Below are positions 13,701 to 21,200 of a stretch of 64,000 nucleotides of DNA, piece after piece. Position 1 is the first letter of the stretch, and every line of letters starts with the position of its first letter. Made by a program: the position numbers and the translations under genes. Source of the DNA: Eledone cirrhosa (taxonomy: Eukaryota); NCBI GenBank assembly GCA_964016885.1, contig OZ024740.1, positions 436,914,001 to 436,978,000 of the forward strand, written 5' to 3'. Below the pieces are notes generated by a model, which saw nothing but the letters and a program-made list of their open reading frames with translations, made no database searches and was not told the DNA's origin.

Positions 13701-13801
13701 TGAATAAAATAAAGTCAACATATTGAATAAAATAAAGTCTAAATATTGAATAAAATAAAGTCTAAATATTGAATAAAATAAAGTCTAAATATTGAATAAA
13801 A
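10777..13801. repeat. 23-bp AT-rich satellite (AAAATAAAGTCTA[A/C]ATATTGAAT), ~130 copies
   Basis: GTC recurs every 23 bp (10808, 10831...); three main variants TCTAA, TCTAC and TCAAC. Confidence 0.97.
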
Positions 13802-14029
13802 TTTTAATTAAAATATTACTAAATGTCAAAATTTTAATATGTTTTAATTTAAAATGCTGAAATCAAGCAATAAATTCATTTGTTATGAACTAATTCTCAA
13901 TTTAATGATTCGTTTGAAACCATCGGAGCTGGAATGGATCTTCCAACGTGTCTTCCTCACCATCCTCTCTATTCTGTCCGCCGTGAACGCCGGGCGGTCG
14001 GCGCGTGGGCTACCATTTGTTTATAATAG

Positions 14030-14220
14030 TGAGAGATTGGGAGAGTGAGAGAGATTGGGAGAGAGAGTGATTGGGAGAGAGAGAGATTGGGAGAGAGGGG
14101 GAGAGGGGGAGAGAGGGGGAGAGAGAGATTGGGAGAGAGAGAGATATTGGGAGAGGGGGGGAGGGAGACAGGGAGAGAGGAAGAGAGATTGGGGAGAGAG
14201 AGAGGGGGAGAGAGATGGAG
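14030..14220. repeat. Polypurine (GA)n-rich tract with GAGAGATTGG units
   Basis: Directly visible. Confidence 0.9.
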
Positions 14221-14275
14221 GCAGTGACATCAACGCACACACTTGATAAGACAACGATAACTGTAATTTATGCAT

Positions 14276-15427
14276 GCACACACACACATACACCTACACA
14301 CACACCCACACACCCACACCTACAAACACACCTACACACACACATACATACACCTACACACACACACCTACACACACACATACCATACACCTACACACAT
14401 ACACCTACACACACACACATTACACACACACACACACACACATACACCTACACACACACAGATGCACCTACACACACACACATACACCTACACACACACA
14501 GATACACCTACACACACACACATACATACACCTACACACACACACACATACACCTACACACACACACACCTACACACACACATACATACACCTACACACA
14601 CACATACACCTATACACACACACATACATACACCTACACCCACACATACACTCACATACACACACACCTACACACACACACACACCAATACTGTCGTTAG
14701 TTCAGGTTCCCAGGGGACAATAGCAACGGGCAATAAAACCAGAAGCACTGGTAATATTTATACACAAACATTCACACATACACACACACATACACACACA
14801 CATATACACACATACACACACACACATATACACACACATACACACACACACACATACACACACACACACACACACACAGAAATATACAGGGAGTGTAACA
14901 TAAGTTACTGTAGGTAAAATACATACACATATATATGTGTATGTGTGTATATGGGTATATACAAAAACCGACGCTCACACACACACAGACATATGTACAT
15001 ATATATGTGTGTGTGTGTGTGTGTGCGTGTGTGTATGTATGTATGTATATATGTATATATGTATGTATATATGTATGTATAATGAAAAATAAAAGTTACG
15101 AACGAAAGAGGGGAATATTCATCGTCAATGTATGTATGTACATATACACACACGCTCACACACATATATATATATGTATATGTGTATGTATACACACACA
15201 CACAATCACACACACACATATATATATATGTGAGTGTGTGTGTGTGTATGTATGTATGTATATATACACACACATACATATATATGTATATGTATATATA
15301 CACACATATATGTGTGTGAGTGTGTGTGTATGTATGTATATACACACACACATATATATATATATATGTGTGTGAATCTGTGTGTGTATGTATGTATGTA
15401 TATATATACACACACAGACTCACACAC
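14276..15427. repeat. Compound (CA)n/(CACCTA)/(TA)n/(GT)n microsatellite region with short unique islands
   Basis: Directly visible. Confidence 0.9.
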
Positions 15428-15443
15428 GGGTTAGGATAAAAAT

Positions 15444-17990
15444 GTGAAGAGGACATTGGAAGAAGAGATGCAGGCTGCAGATCTTGGTGAGGATTGGCCG
15501 ACCCTTAAAAAGTCGGTTTATGATGTGGGCAGGCGTGTTCTGGGATTGGTGCAGATAAAACATCAGGACTGGTTTAATGAGAATGATGTACATATAGAAG
15601 ACTTGTTGGCTGATAAGAGGCGTGCTCTGTCACGCTACTTGACGGCAAAACCACAGGAGAGGAATACGTTGCATGAGGAGCTCAGGGGTGTAAAATCACG
15701 TGTTAGGCGGAGTCTTTCTCAGATGAAGGATCAGTGGTGGAGTGAGAAGGCTGGTGAGATACAAATTGCGTCTGATTCCAATAACACAAAGCTGTTGTAC
15801 AGTCTCTTGCGTGAGGTTGATGGACCGTCTTCTTCTCTGGTGACACCGCTTCGCAGCAAGGATGGCAAAGAACTTCTTCGTGACTCACAGGGAATTCTAC
15901 GAAGGTGGCGAGAGCACTTTGATGATCTTTTGAATCAGCCGTCTGTCGTCAGTGAAGATTTCCTCAATCTCATTCCAGAAAGTCCTGTGAAAGTAGCTCT
16001 CGCAGAACCTCCGACGCTTGTGGAGGTTGCAGTGGCTATTTCGAATCTAAACAGTGGAAGATCTCCAGGTATGGATGGCATACATGCTGAGCTCCTACAA
16101 TATGGTGGTGAGAGACTCCTGCAACAGCTGCACTCTTTGTTTGGAAGGATATGGGCTAATGAATCCGTACCTGAGTACTGGAGAGATGCAGTAATGGTGG
16201 TCTTGTACAAGGGAAAGGGTAACAGGAATGATTGTGGGAACTACAGAGGTATATCATTGCTTTCTGTCGTAGGGAAAGTTTTATATAGAGTGCTTCTGGA
16301 CCGTCTGCTGACACACATTGCAGATTGTGTTCTTCCTGAAAGTCAATCTGGTTTTCGTGCTGGACGCGGCACTACTGATATGATCTTCTCAGCTAGACAG
16401 CTCCAGGAGAAGTGCATTGAACAAGGCTTGGATCTGTATCAGGTTTTTGTCGATCTGACAAAGGCTTTCGATACTGTCAACAGAGATGCATTATGGAAGG
16501 TTCTCCAGAAACTTGGTTGCCCTGATAAGTTCCTTGCGTTAGTTAGGTCTTTCCATGACGACATGAAGGCTTGGGTTAATGTCGGAGGTAACATGTCGGA
16601 GCCTATCTCAGTAAAAAATGGAGTGAAACAGGGGGATATTCCAGCACCGACCCTGTTTGCCATATACTTTGCAATGGTTTTCTGTATTGCATTAAGGAAT
16701 TGCGAGCATGGTGTTTACATCCGATATCGAACCTCAGGCGGCATATTTAACATCAGGCGCTTTGCTGCGAAGACAAAAGTATTTACATCAATCATAAGAG
16801 ACCTCTTGTATGCAGATGATTGCGATCATGTAGCGCACACAGAGAGTGATATGCAGCACATTTTGAATGCATTTTCTGACGCTTGCACTGCCCTGGGTTT
16901 GACTATCAGTCTCAAGAAAACCGTCGTCATGTACCAACCTGCCCCTAGTAAGCAGTACACTGAACCAAACATCTATGTGTATGGCAAACGACTTGGAGTG
17001 GTTGATCAGTTTGTCTACCTGGGAAGCACTGTCAATCGATACGGCAACCTTGACAGTGAAATCTCACTTAGGATTAGGAAAGCAAGTGATGCTTTCGGAA
17101 AGCTAGAAAGGCGACTCTGGGGTCGGCGAGACATATGCAGGAGGACAAAGGTAAAGGTGTACAGGGCATGTGTACTCTCTTGTCTTCTTTATGCCTGCGA
17201 GACCTGGGTCACATATCGACACCACCTTAAGCAATTGGAGCGTTTCCATCAGATGTGTCTCAGACGGATCCATGGCGTTCACTGGAGGGACCACATCAGT
17301 GATGTCGAGATTTTGGAAAGCTCTATGTGTGACAGTATAGAAGCTCTTGTGCTTAAGCAACGACTCCGTTGGAGTGGTCACCTTGCCAGGATGAAGGATT
17401 CTAGAATACCAAAACAACTCTTCTATGGAGAGTTGGTTAAAGGAAAACGATCGCCACATAAACCAAAAAAGAGGTATAAGGATTCATTGAAAGCCTCTCT
17501 GAAAGACGCTAACATCTCTGCTGATACATGGGAAAATGTTGCTGCTGATCGTAATAAATGGAGAAAGACTGTATATGAGGGAAAAGTTGCCTTTGAGGCA
17601 TCTCGAATCGCATACGAGAAAGTAAAGCGGGATGTGAGGAAGGGCATTGCTGTTGCACTTCCAGACGGCGAGGGTCCTCCTATGGTGCTGACATGCAGCG
17701 TCTGTGCGAGACTCTGCCTAAGCAAAGCTGGACTCGAAAGTCATCTTCGCAGTCATAAAGTAAGACCAGTGGTTGACTACCAGGCTGCTGTTGGAGATGC
17801 TACTCATCATGCTTGCCAAACATGTGGTAGAGAATGTAAATCAGCAGGAGGGCTCAAGAGACATGCAAAAGTACACGAACTCCAACCACAGCCGACTATT
17901 CCCAGTGAATGTTTTGGTTGCCGAATCTGTGCAAGACATTTTAGATCATTGGCTGGGCTAAAAAGCCACATTCGATCGCAGCACTGTTAG
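15444..17990 (+). CDS. LINE (RTE-clade) ORF remnant: reverse transcriptase plus three C-terminal C2H2 zinc fingers, 848 aa uninterrupted
   Basis: Motifs HQDWFNEND, SPGMDGI, NYRGISLLS, QSGFRAGRGTTDMIF, FVDLTKAFDTV, GVKQG, LLYADD (YADD 16809-16820), FVYLGS, LLYACETW, RLRWSGH, RIPKQLFYGEL; three CxxC-x12-Hx3-4H motifs at 17694-17984. The start is a truncation, not a real initiator. Confidence 0.93.
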   Translation: MKRTLEEEMQAADLGEDWPTLKKSVYDVGRRVLGLVQIKHQDWFNENDVHIEDLLADKRRALSRYLTAKPQERNTLHEELRGVKSRVRRSLSQMKDQWWSEKAGEIQIASDSNNTKLLYSLLREVDGPSSSLVTPLRSKDGKELLRDSQGILRRWREHFDDLLNQPSVVSEDFLNLIPESPVKVALAEPPTLVEVAVAISNLNSGRSPGMDGIHAELLQYGGERLLQQLHSLFGRIWANESVPEYWRDAVMVVLYKGKGNRNDCGNYRGISLLSVVGKVLYRVLLDRLLTHIADCVLPESQSGFRAGRGTTDMIFSARQLQEKCIEQGLDLYQVFVDLTKAFDTVNRDALWKVLQKLGCPDKFLALVRSFHDDMKAWVNVGGNMSEPISVKNGVKQGDIPAPTLFAIYFAMVFCIALRNCEHGVYIRYRTSGGIFNIRRFAAKTKVFTSIIRDLLYADDCDHVAHTESDMQHILNAFSDACTALGLTISLKKTVVMYQPAPSKQYTEPNIYVYGKRLGVVDQFVYLGSTVNRYGNLDSEISLRIRKASDAFGKLERRLWGRRDICRRTKVKVYRACVLSCLLYACETWVTYRHHLKQLERFHQMCLRRIHGVHWRDHISDVEILESSMCDSIEALVLKQRLRWSGHLARMKDSRIPKQLFYGELVKGKRSPHKPKKRYKDSLKASLKDANISADTWENVAADRNKWRKTVYEGKVAFEASRIAYEKVKRDVRKGIAVALPDGEGPPMVLTCSVCARLCLSKAGLESHLRSHKVRPVVDYQAAVGDATHHACQTCGRECKSAGGLKRHAKVHELQPQPTIPSECFGCRICARHFRSLAGLKSHIRSQHC

Positions 17991-17998
17991 TTGCTATC

Positions 17999-18281
17999 GT
18001 GTGTGTGTGTGTGTGTGTAGATATGCTTATGTGCGTGCGTGTGTGTGTATATATATATATGAATATGTATATTATTATTGTTGTTGTCGTTATTATTATT
18101 ATTGCTATTATTATTATTATTATTGTTATTAATGTATGTGTGTGTGTGTATGTGTGTGTGTATGTGTATGTATGTGTGTATGTATATATGTATGTATGTA
18201 TATATATATATTTCTTTTTTCTTTTATTTATTTTTTATTTTTTTATATTTTTTTTATTTATTTATTATTTTTTTTTTTTTT
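17999..18281. repeat. (GT)n, (ATT)n, (GTAT)n and (TTTA)/polyT microsatellites inside the putative LINE 3' UTR
   Basis: Directly visible between the stop codon and the 3' stem-loop. Confidence 0.85.
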
Positions 18282-18506
18282 CTCGTGCAATGGCCATACT
18301 CGATAACGAGGGGACAGCCATCATCATATATATACACATATATATATATATATGTGTGTGTGTGAGAGAGAGACAGAAACTACTGCTATACTCTACAGCT
18401 AGTTCTATGTCTCAGTATTACATGAAAATAGTTTTCATTTTGTCATTTGTTGTTTTATGAAATGATAAAAATCTTTACTTCAAAGTTACATCTTTATGTC
18501 TATATA

Positions 18507-18686
18507 AGGTAGAAACCAGTTTTATGGTAGAAACCAGTTTTAAGGTAGAAACCAGTTTTATGGTAGAAATCAGTTTTAAGGTAGAAAACAGTGTTAATGT
18601 AGAAAACAGTGTTAAGGTAGAAAACAGTTTTAAGGTAGAAAACGGTTTCATGGTAGAAAACAGTTTTAAGGTAGAAAACAGTTTTC
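18507..18686. repeat. 18-bp minisatellite (GGTAGAAA[C/A]CAGTTTTA[A/T]), ~10 copies
   Basis: Directly visible; gives the KTVFYL pseudo-ORF. Confidence 0.9.
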
Positions 18687-18901
18687 CCTAGCAATTAGAT
18701 TTATATAAATATTCACATACATATATAGATAGACACATACACATATATCTCACACAAAATATACTTCAACACACATATAGAGTACACATTCAAACTTACA
18801 TACACTCACACATAAAACCCACAACCACACACCACATGGATATACGTGTAACACACACAAACAGATATTTTACACAATAAACCTTTAAAAAAACCTTAGG
18901 T

Positions 18902-18968
18902 TTCAAGCATAGCTGTATACAGATATGTATAAGATATGTATACAGATATGTATATAGCTATGCTTGAA
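18902..18968. repeat. 20-bp inverted repeat/hairpin with a 27-nt spacer
   Basis: TTCAAGCATAGCTGTATACA (18902-18921) versus TGTATATAGCTATGCTTGAA (18949-18968), one mismatch. Confidence 0.8.
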
Positions 18969-19000
18969 GTGAAATCCTAATTCTATTCTATTATAAGTTG

Positions 19001-19179
19001 TGGATTGGCAGTATCGGTAGAGGGTCGGACGCCATGCTTTCCAGCATAGTTACGTCCCTTTACGATCTGAGTTCAAATCCCGCCGCGGTTGACTTTGCCT
19101 TTCATCCTTACGGGGTCGATAAAATAAAGTACCAGTAATGCACTGGGTATTTGCTGGCCTTGTGCCTAAAATAGAAACA
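19001..19179 (+). mobile_element. Full-length tRNA-derived SINE with 11-bp TSD
   Basis: A-box-like TGGCAGTATCGG (19006-19017), B-box GTTCAAATCC (19071-19080), Nin-like core, 3' end AGAAACA; TSD ATTATAAGTTG at 18990-19000 and 19180-19190. Confidence 0.92.
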
Positions 19180-19461
19180 ATTATAAGTTGAGCCAACTTA
19201 TGCAGTTTCATATGCAAATGACATTAATCATCTCATTTACACAGACGAGAAAACTATATATTCTCGACTGTTTTCAAGTCCAACAGTCGCAAGTGTTGGA
19301 GAGATCGTCCTGATGAAGACCATCGCCGATTGCCCTCCTTGCTTCTGATGGACACCACCAAAGGGCGTTAGCCCCGGTGTTTTTGCATAGCTACGGGTTT
19401 CTAAATATGTTTACCTGTAAACATATCGTGTTTCTTTAGAAATACGAAATTTATATATACC

Positions 19462-19468
<7 letters not shown>

Positions 19469-19538
<70 letters not shown>
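19469..19538. repeat. (TA)n microsatellite, left flank of the inverted-repeat element
   Basis: Directly visible. Confidence 0.95.
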
Positions 19539-19542
<4 letters not shown>

Positions 19543-20644
19543 GTTTACATATACATAAAGTTATAGATATATATGTTGCAACCGGTTACTTTTAAGCTCT
19601 ATGAAGAATTAATAAATTAAATAATCAGAGCAATATATCATAAATCATGTCCTTAGAATTATTAGATAAAATATATGCCAATTCCTCTTCCAATTAGCAT
19701 AATTAACCATATAAAAAATCAATTAGACCAAGCTATAAGAAGAAAGGCTCTTATGAAGAAATCTCCGACAAATAGCCGAAAGTGGCCTCTTCGCGGTGGC
19801 CCCAATAGAGTATTTATCCAACATTTAGACAGCATGTGGAAACTGACTAAATATATCATCAACCATACACAATTAGGTGTAAAATTAAACTTAGAAGAAA
19901 TGTGTACATACCGTAATTATATCTCTACCATGGTTTCATCCGTATTTTTAGACATCCAATTAATAGGAATGTCTAAGGACATGATTTATGATATATTGCT
20001 CTGATTATTTAATTTATTAATTCTTCATAGAGCTTAAAAGTGACCGGTTGCAACATATATATCTATAACTTTATGTATATGTAAACCTTTATATTTAATA
20101 ATCTCCCGTTAGGTTGAGATTCAATTTGGCGATATTTGGCTGCGCTTTCTAGCAACAAGCCTACCCGCCGTAAGCAACCAATCACATTCTTTCTAGCTTG
20201 ACCACAGCCACATAGCGATTCTTAGCCATTTTTTAATCTAATTTTGGCACGATCAGGTTGGAGAAATAGATGTCTGATTTTGAGTTTGTCTCTTGATGAA
20301 TCCTAACTCAAGACATTCCTATTAATTGGATGTCTAAAAATACGGATGAAACCATGGTAGAGATATAATTACGGTATGTACACATTTCTTCTAAGTTTAA
20401 TTTTACACCCAATTGTGTATGGTTGATGATATATTTAGTCAGTTTCCACATGCTGTCGAAATGTTGGATAAATACTCTATTGGGGCCACCGCGAAGAGGC
20501 CACCTTCGGCTATTTGTCGGAGACTTCTTCATAAGAGCCTTTCTTCTTATAGCTTGGTCTAATTGATTTTTTATATGGTTAATTATGCTAATTGGAAGAG
20601 GAATTGGTATATATTTTATCTAATAATTCTAAGGACATGATTTA

Positions 20645-20652
<8 letters not shown>
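19535..20652 (+). mobile_element. Non-autonomous Penelope-like/retrozyme-like element: 656-bp terminally redundant monomer (19972-20652) preceded by an inverted partial copy (19535-19974)
   Basis: 19535-19657 is the reverse complement of 19972-20094; 19633-19974 is the reverse complement of 20311-20652; 25-bp direct repeat TCTAAGGACATGATTTATGATATAT at 19972-19996 and 20628-20652; (TA)n on both sides; contains a hammerhead-like motif. The repeat geometry is directly visible; the family assignment is inference. Confidence 0.65.
20287..20365 (+). ncRNA. Type I minimal hammerhead ribozyme-like motif (C3-to-U core variant)
   Basis: Stem I UGUCUC (20287-92) / GAGAUA (20360-65); core UUGAUGA (20293-99); stem II AUCC/GGAU enclosing an AGACAUUC/GGAUGUCU hairpin; GAAA (20348-51); palindromic stem III ACCAUGGU; GUA cleavage triplet, predicted cut after 20359. 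Confidence 0.7.

Positions 20653-20692
<40 letters not shown>
20647..20692. repeat. (TA)n microsatellite, right flank of the inverted-repeat element
   Basis: Directly visible. Confidence 0.95.
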
Positions 20693-20694
<2 letters not shown>

Positions 20695-20805
20695 TTAGTG
20701 ATTAGAACGTTGGGCATACAGTTGTGAATTCGATTCTCAGACCGGGCTTTTCGTTGTGTTCTTGAGAAAGACACTTTATTTCATGCTGCTCCAATTAACT
20801 CACCT
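20693..20805 (+). mobile_element. Degenerate tRNA-derived SINE of a second family (CORE/Meta-like core)
   Basis: A-box remnant GCTTAGTGATTAG, B-box-like GAATTCGATTCTC, core-like TTGTGTTCTTGAGAAAGACACTTTATTTCA. Confidence 0.6.
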
Positions 20806-21083
20806 TTGAATTCAGATGGCAGAGTGCCACAATGAATACCAACAAATCATTGTATCTGAGATTCTAGCAATTTGCCAACCGCTATACATTGTTATAAATA
20901 TGCATGCATATATGGTCCTATAACTCCTGTGACTAGGGGCACCATATTGATTACGGCGTTTCTGCAGCATTTTTAAACCTGGCGGAACCCGTCCCTCTCC
21001 AGGTTGAATATAACAGATTTCTTCCAGAGAAAGATATATAGAGTTGGAGAAAGGAAGTGTGAAAGAATCAACACCTGTACTGG

Positions 21084-21200
21084 ACTGGTACTGTTTTATT
21101 GACAGGCAAAGTTGACTTCGGTGGGATTTGAATTCAGAGAAAAGAGAGCAGAAACGAATGCTACCAATCTTTCTATCCTTACGACTCTACCAACTGTTAA
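21084..21200 (-). mobile_element. Degenerate SINE related to the Nin-like family; its 5' head overlaps the first satellite monomer
   Basis: ACTGGTACTGTTTTATTGAC-AGGCAAAGTTGACTTCGGTGGGATTTGAATTCAGA aligns, with an internal deletion, to ACTGGTACTTTATTTTATCGAC...AGGCAAAGTTAACCTCGGCGGGATTTGAACTCAGA of the 9954-10131 copy. Confidence 0.75.

Larger units (their letters stand above)
15428..18327 (+). mobile_element. 5'-truncated non-LTR retrotransposon, RTE/BovB-like
   Basis: RT-encoding ORF lacking the N-terminal AP endonuclease; abrupt 5' junction with microsatellite; microsatellite-rich 3' region ending in a stem-loop (TGGC..CTCG-ATAA-CGAG..GCCA, 18291-18320) and a (CAT)3 tail. The 3' boundary is inferred. 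Confidence 0.88.

Noticed and set aside
14708-14717. COE/EBF-type palindromic site TCCCAGGGGA
   Set aside because: A single short motif with no supporting context; expected by chance.
14010-15456. HT-, CV- and ER-rich ORFs
   Set aside because: Dinucleotide microsatellite translations. The same applies to 9497-9837 and 17999-18460.
15703-17961. Short antisense and alternate-frame ORFs inside the LINE
   Set aside because: Shadow ORFs of the RT coding sequence.
15340-18365. Target-site duplication for the LINE
   Set aside because: Both flanks are CA/TA/GT microsatellite, so apparent matches are uninformative.
19001-19085. tRNA gene
   Set aside because: A and B boxes are present but there is no cloverleaf; it continues into the SINE core, has TSDs and occurs in multiple copies.
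19300-19450. Second hammerhead from CTGATGA at ~19310
   Set aside because: No stem II closed by GAAA and no stem I partner could be found.
19675-20004. 109-aa ORF and its 74-aa inverted twin (20308-20532)
   Set aside because: No recognisable domain; antisense to the ribozyme strand; crosses the inversion junction; the first ATG is ATA in the second copy.
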